Notes under the pieces: model-generated
Seen by the model: the letters and a program-made list of their open reading frames with translations, nothing else
Databases searched by the model: none
Told to the model about the DNA's origin: nothing
Origin: Escherichia phage vB_Eco_Lzu_P3
Sequence record: PQ295796
Strand: one strand, 5' to 3'
Length of the DNA stretch: 44,829 nt
Shown: piece after piece, positions 8,304 to 16,668 of the stretch
How positions within the stretch are numbered: position 1 is the stretch's first letter
How the letters are laid out: each line of letters opens with the position of its first letter
Made by a program: the position numbers and the translations under genes

Positions 8304-9807
8304 TGTCCGCTACCTTGTCCGGGTCTTCTTCGGTAGATTCTACCGCATCAGGGGACATTTGAGGCAATGGATTCTGATTTCGCAGTTCGTCTTCCACCTG
8401 CTCGACGGTTTGCGAGTCATCAATGACGCCCTGGGCCATCATCCACTTGATAAAGTCCGCCAGCCGGACCGTACCGGTCTGCACACCCGCCATCATTGCG
8501 GTCATAAGCTGTGCGTCAACCGTGATTTCGGTGTAGAACTTATTCAGCGTTACGCGTTGATCTGCGGTGTCGCCCGTGAACAGCTTGACGATTTGCAGCG
8601 CACGGTTGAAAGCCTTCTCGACGTTACCGGCAATCAGTGACAGGATACTGTTATCAGTCTGCGCATCGTAGGCCGCTTCGGTTGCCGTCTTAGGTGCGGT
8701 CCCCTTCTCTACCAGGGCCGCGCCAAGTTTAGCCATTTGCAGCTCTCGGCGTTCACACAGTGCGACCGATAGGTTTCGTTCTTCGGCCTGAAGCAGTTTG
8801 GCGTCCATGTTCTGACCCAGGATAACGCCCTTAGTTGCCCCGAGCGCGATGCCCCCTTTCAGGTTCTTGTCCGCCCATGACTGGGTCAGGCCGGTCGCAA
8901 CGAGGGTAGGTTGGCCCACGATGTGCGCAATCTCGGCGACGTCCGCTTCGGCGTTGTAGTGCTTAATGTTGATGGACGCAATATCCGCCAGCGGTGCGGC
9001 GTCCGGTGTCGCGTTGTTGTCCACCGCGCCACACCAGCAAAATGGCAGTTGCGTAAGCGCGTTACCGGCAGCATCCACCAGTGGTACAAGGTCGGTGCGG
9101 GTGAAACCACGCGGCAAGTCCATTTGCACTTCTGACGTGTCCGCATTGTAAAACCAGCGGCGGGCGTGTGCCGCACCGTTAATCATGCGAAGCTCAGTCC
9201 AGATCGTTACTTCGTGGTTTGCGAAGTCGTCCGGGTCTACGGTGCTGATTTCGTCCGTCTCCTTCAGCACGATTAGCGTGTCGACCCCGTGGGTCTGTCG
9301 CCAGTTAATGATCTGTTCAGCCGTATACAGGCGGATAAGCGGGCGATGTGTCGCCATTTCAGCGGCTGTCTGCGGCACTACGTTACCCAGTTCATCAAAG
9401 TTAGCCTGGCGGTCGTAGTCCACCATAAAGCCAGCGCGGCCCGATTGCAGCACTTCCGACATAGCGCCGCGCAGGAGTTGCGCCAGCGGCATCCCGCTGC
9501 CGTCTACGTCATCAATCAGGTCAGCCATTGCCCCGGAAAGGTCAATACTCACCGGTTTGGCGAAGGCGACGCCTAACAGTGCATTCAGTGTGCGGGCGGT
9601 GGCATTCAGGAAGACAGCACGTTGCTTATATGCCTTATAGCGCGCACGCGATTTCGGGTCTGTGGTGTCGCCGCTGGCTGGGTGTGGCAGGTACAATGTC
9701 CCGCACGCCTTTACGGCGCGCTCCCCTGCTACGCAGTCACGGATCATTTTCCACTCAGGCGCGATGCGCGCATATAGCGGGTGTTGGTTGTCAACGCTAA
9801 CGGTCAT
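8287..9807 (-). CDS. Portal protein
   Basis: 506-aa ORF directly downstream of the large terminase, with AAGGAAA RBS and an acidic C-terminus. Assigned by size and position. Confidence 0.7.
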   Translation of the reverse strand: MTVSVDNQHPLYARIAPEWKMIRDCVAGERAVKACGTLYLPHPASGDTTDPKSRARYKAYKQRAVFLNATARTLNALLGVAFAKPVSIDLSGAMADLIDDVDGSGMPLAQLLRGAMSEVLQSGRAGFMVDYDRQANFDELGNVVPQTAAEMATHRPLIRLYTAEQIINWRQTHGVDTLIVLKETDEISTVDPDDFANHEVTIWTELRMINGAAHARRWFYNADTSEVQMDLPRGFTRTDLVPLVDAAGNALTQLPFCWCGAVDNNATPDAAPLADIASINIKHYNAEADVAEIAHIVGQPTLVATGLTQSWADKNLKGGIALGATKGVILGQNMDAKLLQAEERNLSVALCERRELQMAKLGAALVEKGTAPKTATEAAYDAQTDNSILSLIAGNVEKAFNRALQIVKLFTGDTADQRVTLNKFYTEITVDAQLMTAMMAGVQTGTVRLADFIKWMMAQGVIDDSQTVEQVEDELRNQNPLPQMSPDAVESTEEDPDKVADNGEDN

Positions 9808-9818
9808 GGTCGGTTTCC

Positions 9819-11204
9819 TTAGTAGAAGTCTACGGTTGGAACAACGGCGATCGGACGAATCACAGGGAACAAGTGCGCAATAGGGTAGCCCGCCGCGTCA
9901 TTCATGTGGTCCACACCGGCAGTTTTATCCGGTTCGCCTTTCTTCAGGTCGTACACCTGCTGTTCCAGACATTTCGCTAGTGTAGGGCATTTATCCAGGT
10001 TGACAAAATACTGGCGCACACCCTTCGAGTTGCACATCATCGTATTCATCGCGATAAGTCTGTCTTTCACAGGCGGGTTAACGCTGTCATATTCCACATC
10101 GAAGCCCGCGTCTTCCAGTTGTGCGATATCGGACGACGACGCGTTGACCGTCTTGCGGGATTTGCCACTGCTATCCGGGTAAACGACGACCCTACCGGCG
10201 GCACAATGTTCCGGGTAGCGCTCTTCGATCGCCTCAATCATAGCCGGGGTGTCAAACAGGTCCACAAATTCATCCACCGCGTGAATCTCGTCGCGGAACT
10301 CCTTGTTCTCGGTAACTCGCTGCCGTCTGACGTACACAACCGCCGCCATCTTCGTGACGTTAAAGTCCATACCGATAATCAGCGTGTCGTCCGGCTGCAC
10401 TTCTTCGGTGCTGGCGTTCTCCTCGCGGTTGAACATCTTGTACACCGCGCCCGACGTAAGGTTAACAAACAGGCCGTTCAGGTACGCATCAATCAGGTTA
10501 GCCGGGTACTGACTGCGCAGCGTGTCGATAAAGTCCGCCGGTAAATGGTGGTTGTCCGTGGTCTTCGCCCGGATCAAGCGTTTCTGGTTGTCTTTCTCCA
10601 CCTCGAAAATTTGGTACATCGCCCGGTAGCCTTCAGGCGTTGACACGATGACGAACTGGCGGACGAAGCCAGCACGCAGACGACCGAGCAATTTGTGATA
10701 TGCCGCCAGCGCGACGTCTTGCTTCGTAGTGTCGAATTCATCGGCAACAATCCACGCGGCGTTGACCCCGATCAGGCGGGTATAGTTCTCCATTGATTCA
10801 CAGATAACGCGTGTCCATTTCCCTTTCACCAGCACGTTATAGATCTTGTCCTGCTTATTGAACTTCCACCGGAATCCAGCCTCATCAAACGCCTTTTCCA
10901 ATTCCGGGTACATGATTTTAACCAGGAGGGGAATAGTCGGTTCTGTAACGATGCCGTCATGACCGGGGTTAAGGGTTAAAAGCTGGATGACCTTACGCGC
11001 AGCGACCCACGACTTTCCACCACCGAAGCCGGAACACAGGCCGAGGATTTTAGTCTTCGTGTCGCGCAGTAGTTCAACCTGGTGCGGCAAGCAATCAGGC
11101 TGGTAAAGGCGGACGGCCTGCGCAACGCGTGTTGGGCGTGGCGGTCGGTTGCGCTTTGCGATCGCGCGTTCCAGTGCGCGGTGTTCTGCCGCATAGTTAC
11201 GCAT
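9819..11204 (-). CDS. Terminase large subunit
   Basis: 461 aa with an N-terminal P-loop-like motif (GFGGGKS) and a C-terminal nuclease-like region. Start codon overlaps the small-subunit stop (ATGA). Confidence 0.8.
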   Translation of the reverse strand: MRNYAAEHRALERAIAKRNRPPRPTRVAQAVRLYQPDCLPHQVELLRDTKTKILGLCSGFGGGKSWVAARKVIQLLTLNPGHDGIVTEPTIPLLVKIMYPELEKAFDEAGFRWKFNKQDKIYNVLVKGKWTRVICESMENYTRLIGVNAAWIVADEFDTTKQDVALAAYHKLLGRLRAGFVRQFVIVSTPEGYRAMYQIFEVEKDNQKRLIRAKTTDNHHLPADFIDTLRSQYPANLIDAYLNGLFVNLTSGAVYKMFNREENASTEEVQPDDTLIIGMDFNVTKMAAVVYVRRQRVTENKEFRDEIHAVDEFVDLFDTPAMIEAIEERYPEHCAAGRVVVYPDSSGKSRKTVNASSSDIAQLEDAGFDVEYDSVNPPVKDRLIAMNTMMCNSKGVRQYFVNLDKCPTLAKCLEQQVYDLKKGEPDKTAGVDHMNDAAGYPIAHLFPVIRPIAVVPTVDFY

Positions 11205-11755
11205 TATTCACCCTGGCCTTTGCCGGTAGGTTCCACTACGACGTCGCCGTTATCATCTTCGTCGTCGTCCAGCGTTACATCGTCGCGGACGCCGTGGTTT
11301 GCTTTAAGCAGGAACGTAGCGAAGCCTGCCGCGATGGTCACGCCGCCAGCTTCCATCAGGAAAGTTTTCTGCAACTCCATAGCGTCCGCCATCGCCTCGG
11401 CGAACTCCTCATGCGCACGCGCCCAGCGATACAGGCAAGCTACGCCCACGCCGATTTCCGCGGCAAATCGACCGAAGGTTGGCATTTTGTTGCGGGGGAT
11501 TACTTGCGCAGCGCCTTTATCGGAGTAGTTTACCTGCCAGGCGTCGGCATCGGCAAAATAGCGGCGAAGCTGGTCGCAGTAAACGGATCGGTAGTCAGTA
11601 GGGCGTCCACATTTGCCGCCTTTACGGCGCTTTCCGTACTCGATTTCAGGTCCGAGATTGGTATGCTCGGTTTGCTCGCCTGGTTTACGGCGCGGGGTTA
11701 CTGCTACTCGTCCGTCCAGTTTGGCGCGTCGGCCCTTAACTTTGATTTCTGCCAT
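11204..11755 (-). CDS. Terminase small subunit
   Basis: Contains GRPTDY…MPTFGRFAAEIGV…LYRWARAHEEF, resembling the HTH region of terminase small subunits. Start is uncertain: ATG 11755 or 11776, or further upstream. Confidence 0.55.
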   Translation of the reverse strand: MAEIKVKGRRAKLDGRVAVTPRRKPGEQTEHTNLGPEIEYGKRRKGGKCGRPTDYRSVYCDQLRRYFADADAWQVNYSDKGAAQVIPRNKMPTFGRFAAEIGVGVACLYRWARAHEEFAEAMADAMELQKTFLMEAGGVTIAAGFATFLLKANHGVRDDVTLDDDEDDNGDVVVEPTGKGQGE

Positions 11756-11885
11756 GATATAAGCCCTTTTGTTCATATGTGCCGACCATCGGCAACATAG
11801 GAGACGGCCCTGCCATCTAAGGGGGATTATAACAGGCACAAAAAAGCCCACCAAATCGGCAGGCTGGGAGGCTTACCGGTTGCCG

Positions 11886-13028
11886 TTACTTCAACATTTC
11901 CGGGCTAATGGTTAAGCGCGCTACTTCGCCGTAGTTGGCGCTGTAGGTAATGACGTTGGCGCTGCGACCGGACATCCAACCGCCACGACTGGCGTAGGCG
12001 TCTTTCGCCGCGAGCGTCCGGTGCTGTTCAACAATCATGTTGCGGGATTCAACAATCTTCTGGTGGTGCAAATGGCCTACGTGCGCGTAGCTGTATTCGC
12101 TCGACCCGAACGCCTGTCTGAATTTAGCGATCATAACCTGCTCGATAACATCGAATCGCGCTTTGTGCCCGTGGTGGAAAAATAGCGTAGTCTTACCGTG
12201 CTGCACCATCTTGTAGACGTCCGGGGACGTGTCCACATCGACGCGCGGCTCGTTCTCATACAAGGTATTGAACATCTCAGCAAGCCAAATCATACCGGAT
12301 TCGTCATGATTACCCTGGACGATTAGCAGTTTGACTTTGTAGTGTTTTTGCAGCGCAAGTTCTACGACGTTGCGCACCATGCGAATCATGTAGCGGACCA
12401 ACTTCTGGTACCGGGTGTCGGCGTCCAATACGTGCCCGCTGGCAGGGGTGACGGCATCGAGACTATCAAAGTGGGCCATATCCCCGAGGATGTTGATCAC
12501 GGCAGTGCCTGCGTCTGGTGCGCGTGCGAAGGCTTCGACAAACCAGCGGTAGAACAGGTCTTCGGCGATCGCCATATCCCAATCTTCTCCAGTCTCCTCG
12601 CCCCATGCCAGCATACCCAGGTGGAAGTCGGACACAGTGTACAGGTTGAGCAAGTCGAGCGCCTGGGTATGCTGGCATGGGGCGTTTACTGGCGCTGCCG
12701 GTGTGATTTCGCTGTTCATACCATCGACAACAGCACGCATGGCTTCGAGTTGGTGCTCCTTATCCTGCTCAGTGATGACCCACGACATGACCTCTTCGCC
12801 ATTGCCGCGCACCAGGGCCGATACGCGCTTAACCCCAAACCCATCGGCAACGCGCTTACGGATCACGGCATCATTGCCGTGCCCAATTCCTTTTTTCGAT
12901 AGGCGGGCTTTCCGCATGTAGACGTTACGAAGTGCAATGCCGTATTTCTTCGCAATCTCTTTAACCGTAGTCCCTGCCTGAATTTCTGCGATCAATTGCT
13001 CATCGGTGATTTTAGTTTGCGGGTGCAT
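11886..13028 (-). CDS. Calcineurin-like metallophosphoesterase with N-terminal HTH domain
   Basis: Phosphoesterase motifs are visible in the translation: DFHLG, ILGDMAHFD, LLIVQGNHDE, FHHGH, GHLHH. The N-terminus has an HTH-like segment (TTVKEIAKKYGIALRNVYMRKARL). Confidence 0.6.
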   Translation of the reverse strand: MHPQTKITDEQLIAEIQAGTTVKEIAKKYGIALRNVYMRKARLSKKGIGHGNDAVIRKRVADGFGVKRVSALVRGNGEEVMSWVITEQDKEHQLEAMRAVVDGMNSEITPAAPVNAPCQHTQALDLLNLYTVSDFHLGMLAWGEETGEDWDMAIAEDLFYRWFVEAFARAPDAGTAVINILGDMAHFDSLDAVTPASGHVLDADTRYQKLVRYMIRMVRNVVELALQKHYKVKLLIVQGNHDESGMIWLAEMFNTLYENEPRVDVDTSPDVYKMVQHGKTTLFFHHGHKARFDVIEQVMIAKFRQAFGSSEYSYAHVGHLHHQKIVESRNMIVEQHRTLAAKDAYASRGGWMSGRSANVITYSANYGEVARLTISPEMLK

Positions 13029-13089
13029 ATTTAATTAATTCCTGATTAGTGGACCGTGGACAATATATCACGGTCCGTATGGCGGCGGG

Positions 13090-13170
13090 CTATATCAATT
13101 CGCAAATAACCATGCCGATAAAAGCCGCGGTGGTCCAGATCGCTAATACCCAAATATCTTTACGTGCCAT
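13090..13170 (-). CDS. Candidate micro-ORF encoding a 26-aa hydrophobic peptide (MARKDIWVLAIWTTAAFIGMVICELI)
   Basis: Not in the ORF track because it is under 60 aa. Has a strong GAGAGGAG RBS 8 nt upstream of the ATG, a sigma70-like promoter upstream and a terminator further upstream. Confidence 0.3.
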   Translation of the reverse strand: MARKDIWVLAIWTTAAFIGMVICELI

Positions 13171-13199
13171 CTTTATTACTCCTCTCGTTGATTGGTCGC

Positions 13200-13229
13200 A
13201 GTATGGCGTCTATGTTGGTTGCAAGTCAA
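13200..13229 (-). promoter_or_regulatory. Promoter TTGACT-N18-CATACT (minus strand), with TGCAACCAA in the spacer
   Basis: Lies upstream of the candidate micro-ORF and the phosphoesterase/terminase genes. Confidence 0.35.
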
Positions 13230-13233
13230 GCAA

Positions 13234-13258
13234 TAAAAAGCCCGGAATTAACCGGGCT
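13234..13258 (-). terminator. Intrinsic terminator after the Big_2 gene
   Basis: AGCCCGG-aattaa-CCGGGCT stem followed on the minus strand by TTTTTATT. Confidence 0.55.
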
Positions 13259-13265
13259 TGTTGGT

Positions 13266-13667
13266 TTACTCTGCTGCCGTTACTGTGAAGCCTGCGTCAG
13301 CCTGCACCCCGCTACCGTCGGACGCCACCCAAACGATGCGGACGTTACCCGCAGCTTTCGCGGTGATTTCGCCGGTAGTCGGATTGATTGAGGCGCGGTT
13401 AGGGTTAGCCGACACCCACGACCCGGCTTTGTTGGTCGCGTCGGATGGCAGGATGGCAACCGTCGCGGTGGCTGTCTCTCCAACGGCGGCGGTAACTGGG
13501 TCGATGGTGACGGTCGCACTTGTCACCGGCTTGCCTTCCGGAACGGCCTTATCAAAGACGCCTGAGACATTCATATCCCCGGCCAGGATGCGGCGCGCTT
13601 CTGGGTTCTGCACTGCGGGCAGTGTCTTGATAATGCGTTCTTTACGTCGCAAGATCGAATCTAACAT
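13266..13667 (-). CDS. Bacterial Ig-like (Big_2) domain protein
   Basis: Start moved to internal ATG 13667 (GAGGGGA RBS) so it does not overlap the lysozyme gene. C-terminal region has a Big_2-like pattern (…ATVTIDPVTAAVGETATATVAILPSDATNK…ITAKAAGNVRIVWVASDG…). Confidence 0.45.
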   Translation of the reverse strand: MLDSILRRKERIIKTLPAVQNPEARRILAGDMNVSGVFDKAVPEGKPVTSATVTIDPVTAAVGETATATVAILPSDATNKAGSWVSANPNRASINPTTGEITAKAAGNVRIVWVASDGSGVQADAGFTVTAAE

Positions 13668-13683
13668 ATCGTGTCCCCTCGTA

Positions 13684-14175
13684 TTATGCTGCGTTACGAC
13701 CGATTCGCTCGGCAACGTCCCACTGCTTACCATCAAACAACGCCTGTCTGCCGATTGCACGGCGTACCAGACCCTTAAGCACTTCCCCGCCTTGCTTGCG
13801 GAACTGCGGCAGAGTAGCACGGACCTTCGCCCAGTCGCCCAACCGCACCGCATCATCGAAATCATTCGCGACGTCATCCGGTACGATCGGACCAGGACCG
13901 GCGTTGATTACCAGGTCCACCAGCGCGTCGAATTGCGCTTGATTAATGCTCGGATGTGCGTATTTGTTCACCCAGTCCTCGGCATACGCCACATCGCGCT
14001 TGAGTAGCTCCAGCGCTTCTGCACGTGTAATGCTTCGTGGCGGATTAGTGCCGGTGTGCCCATAACCCCAGGTGTACAGGCCGCGGGCCTGCTCTTTCTT
14101 GGTCGCGAAATACGGCACCGGGCTGAAAGCCTCCCATGCTGCCGTAAATCTTAGACCGTTGTCACTGAATCGCAT
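13684..14175 (-). CDS. Endolysin (phage lysozyme, GH24-like)
   Basis: 163 aa with a T4-lysozyme-like N-terminal catalytic region (…EAFSPVPYF…GLYTWGYGHTG…). Start overlaps the stop of the upstream membrane-protein gene. Confidence 0.7.
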   Translation of the reverse strand: MRFSDNGLRFTAAWEAFSPVPYFATKKEQARGLYTWGYGHTGTNPPRSITRAEALELLKRDVAYAEDWVNKYAHPSINQAQFDALVDLVINAGPGPIVPDDVANDFDDAVRLGDWAKVRATLPQFRKQGGEVLKGLVRRAIGRQALFDGKQWDVAERIGRNAA

Positions 14176-14407
14176 GTTTTACCCCATTCAAAACAGCATT
14201 ACGCAGTGTGCGCAACGCAAACAGCCATATTAACGCGGTCCAGGTGGTATCAGATACGTCTCCTGTTTGCAACAATCCGATAATACAGACCATTGCCGTT
14301 AACAGATACAGCACCCGGCCGAAAATGCCATCCCGGACGGACGGCGCATACACGTTAAACAGGGACGAAGCCCCGATGATAACAAACAACAGGACGGAGA
14401 TAATCAT
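14162..14407 (-). CDS. Holin/antiholin-like small membrane protein
   Basis: 81 aa with two or three hydrophobic segments, immediately upstream of the endolysin. G-rich RBS. Confidence 0.5.
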   Translation of the reverse strand: MIISVLLFVIIGASSLFNVYAPSVRDGIFGRVLYLLTAMVCIIGLLQTGDVSDTTWTALIWLFALRTLRNAVLNGVKHAIQ

Positions 14408-14694
14408 TTTGCACCCCCCGGAAGTCGGAACGACGCAATAGTCTCCCTGATCCGGTCGGCGATTGGCATCCAGAAAATTGCGGTCACGAAGCCCAAACCG
14501 GCGACAGTGCGCTCACCCGACAAACCAGCCCACTCAGCGATAGCCGGTGCGCCAAATATGGCACACAGGAAGCCAACTACGACATACAAAACGAAGTTTA
14601 GCGGCCCTTTCGTAGCCTCACCATGAATGCGTGCGCCTACGAAGCCACCCGCCAGACATGCCAGGGCGAATAGCCACTCGTTTAGCTTATCCAT
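14404..14694 (-). CDS. Holin-like membrane protein
   Basis: 96 aa with about three predicted transmembrane segments, in the lysis cassette. The start codon abuts a terminator hairpin and has no obvious SD. Confidence 0.45.
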   Translation of the reverse strand: MDKLNEWLFALACLAGGFVGARIHGEATKGPLNFVLYVVVGFLCAIFGAPAIAEWAGLSGERTVAGLGFVTAIFWMPIADRIRETIASFRLPGGAK

Positions 14695-14729
14695 AAAAAA
14701 GTCCCAGTAAGTTTTATCTCACTGGGACT
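14694..14729 (-). terminator. Hairpin plus U-tract immediately upstream of the holin start codon
   Basis: 9-bp stem AGTCCCAGT/ACTGGGACT with a 12-nt loop, followed on the minus strand by TTTTTT and then ATG. Confidence 0.45.
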
Positions 14730-14746
14730 ATATCACGCTTGCATAA

Positions 14747-15034
14747 TTAATCGAAAACGGACCACTTGCCGACGCCTTTCCACTCCCATCCTTCCGAGCG
14801 GACGGCCTCGAACATCCGGCCTCCAATCATATCCCGATACCACAGCCACCACATGCGCAACCTGGTCGGGTGCTCCGTGATTCCACGGCGCTTGTATACC
14901 TCGAACGTCATGCGGGTAATGCTGGCGGCTTCCACGGCGGGCCACACCAGGAATACCCATATCGCGCCCAGCACTCCCGTAACCAGGCATAATATGCTGG
15001 CCATACCAAACCAATAAATCACATCATGAATCAT
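14747..15034 (-). CDS. Hypothetical membrane protein
   Basis: N-terminal hydrophobic segment (FGMASILCLVTGVLGAIWVFLVW). Start is uncertain (15034 or 15046). Confidence 0.35.
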   Translation of the reverse strand: MIHDVIYWFGMASILCLVTGVLGAIWVFLVWPAVEAASITRMTFEVYKRRGITEHPTRLRMWWLWYRDMIGGRMFEAVRSEGWEWKGVGKWSVFD

Positions 15035-15253
15035 AATCTGCCCCATAGGTATTTAACCAGACTAATAACCGACGCCAACAGCACCAGGGCCGCCAGACTA
15101 CCGCCACATACTACCGCGAAGACGTATAGCATCGAATTGCCCCTTCCGGTTTGCCAATATGGCGCGCCCACGCACGCGCCACGAAGTAATTGCGAAATAC
15201 CCGACCGCCTATCTCGAAGCGGTTATGCTGAAGCATATCACGGATCGTCGCAC

Positions 15254-15871
15254 TCATTTCAGAATCACCGAGCGCGGGTCGATGGCTTTCATGCTGCCGT
15301 CTCGTTCTACCCGGATAAACCCCACGCCATATTCCTGCGCATGGCGCTGTGCATTCGTAACGGCATCAAAGCGATTGATGATTTGGTGTACGGCTCGGCC
15401 CATCTCCGCTTGCACCTGGTGGGAGTCGTAGGTTGCATAGGCGGGCTGCGACTTGCGGAACTCCACACGCGTCTTCTGCGCCACTTCACGCGTTACGCGG
15501 TTAACTGCGTCCGCTATGGCGCTCGCCCGCTCATGCGGCTGGCGGTCCCGAAGGCTGTATTTGCGGCCCACTCGTTCGTAGTTGACAAGGCCGAAGTAAG
15601 TCATACCGGCGACGCCATCCTTGCGGGATTGCATACGCAGGCCATGAAGCCCGACATACTCGACGATCCACATACTGCCGTCGCGAATATCACGCAGCAC
15701 ATCGCCGCGCTCAATATCATGCGTGACAATATCGTATTTCTCCGGAAGTTTAGCTTTTGTCGCCCACCAGACACGATCGCTTGCGGCGTGGTGTAGGCGC
15801 ACGTATGCGGAAAGGGTCTGTATTGGTCTAAGGATTTTGCCGTCCGATTTGCGGCGGAATAGTAATTTCAT
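15254..15871 (-). CDS. Hypothetical protein (205 aa)
   Basis: ORF with GGAGA RBS upstream of ATG 15871. No recognisable motif. Confidence 0.5.
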   Translation of the reverse strand: MKLLFRRKSDGKILRPIQTLSAYVRLHHAASDRVWWATKAKLPEKYDIVTHDIERGDVLRDIRDGSMWIVEYVGLHGLRMQSRKDGVAGMTYFGLVNYERVGRKYSLRDRQPHERASAIADAVNRVTREVAQKTRVEFRKSQPAYATYDSHQVQAEMGRAVHQIINRFDAVTNAQRHAQEYGVGFIRVERDGSMKAIDPRSVILK

Positions 15872-16137
15872 CTGCTCAGTCTCCAGTGTTTGCCTACCCG
15901 CTCGACTGCGGGCTTTCGGCGTAATGTAATACGTATGCCAATTGGTTGCAAGGACGTTTTTATGGCAAGTCCATGCTCCCTGGCGAACTGGCGCAAGTAG
16001 CGGGTCTGCGTTAATGGCTTCACATCGTAGCGATAGCTCCAGAACACAGAATCGCCCTCAACCGCATTCTGCGCCCATATTCGTATGCAATGCAGTGGAA
16101 TATGCCACGAAAGCTGTTTAGCTCGTCTGCGGTCCAT
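15868..16137 (-). CDS. Hypothetical basic protein (89 aa)
   Basis: AAGGGG RBS 5 nt upstream of ATG 16137. Arg/Lys-rich. Contains a TTGGTTGCA element internally. Confidence 0.4.
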   Translation of the reverse strand: MDRRRAKQLSWHIPLHCIRIWAQNAVEGDSVFWSYRYDVKPLTQTRYLRQFAREHGLAIKTSLQPIGIRITLRRKPAVERVGKHWRLSR

Positions 16138-16146
16138 TTTGGCCCC

Positions 16147-16452
16147 TTATTTCGCAAGCTGGGCGAATAGTTCACGTTGTGCTGCAATCCGGGCGACGTT
16201 TGTCGCTGCCGTCTCACCGATCCCGAAGCGATACGCCAGGCGCTCGCGGGCAAATGCCCTCGCATATTCGCAGATTGCCACGCGCAGCGGTTCCAGTTCG
16301 TCCAGGCTGGCAAACATATCGTCGAACGCGTTTATGATTCCCTGCTGGGCCAGGATAACAGCCTGGCGCGCGTCATCTGCGTTGCCGTCTGTGTGCTTCG
16401 CTTCGTACATCTTCGCCACCGCCATTGCGTAATTCCAGATTAATTTTTTCAT
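16147..16452 (-). CDS. Hypothetical protein (101 aa), first gene after the 16.5-kb promoter
   Basis: GAGGA RBS 7 nt upstream of ATG 16452. Preceded by a predicted promoter with operator-like elements. Confidence 0.5.
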   Translation of the reverse strand: MKKLIWNYAMAVAKMYEAKHTDGNADDARQAVILAQQGIINAFDDMFASLDELEPLRVAICEYARAFARERLAYRFGIGETAATNVARIAAQRELFAQLAK

Positions 16453-16465
16453 TGTTCAGTCCTCA

Positions 16466-16513
16466 TGTTGGTGTGCAACCAATCTAGCAGGGTGCCAGGC
16501 GGAATGCAACCAA
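16466..16513 (-). promoter_or_regulatory. Promoter TTGCAT-N17-TAGATT (minus strand) with an ATTGGTTGCAcACCAACA operator-like element overlapping -10 and +1
   Basis: Minus-strand read: attaatATTGGTTGCATtccgcctggcaccctgcTAGATTGGTTGCACACCAACAtgaggactgaacaATG. Confidence 0.5.
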
Positions 16514-16668
16514 TATTAATCATGCGCATGAAAAAGTCGATCGCTATCTGCTGTGACTGCAAACTGCATTTTCCGCCCACCATTCAGCAACTCGCATTGG
16601 TTGCCTAGTTCAGTGACGACCGCAATCCGCAACATGCTGCCGTGTATTTTGCAATCCCGGATTTTATG

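Noticed and set aside
13258-14007. 249-aa plus-strand ORF
   Set aside because: Antisense to the endolysin and Big_2 genes; no RBS.
15026-15796. 256-aa plus-strand ORF
   Set aside because: It overlaps the minus-strand gene 15254..15871, which has a good RBS and matches the strand polarity of the surrounding operon.
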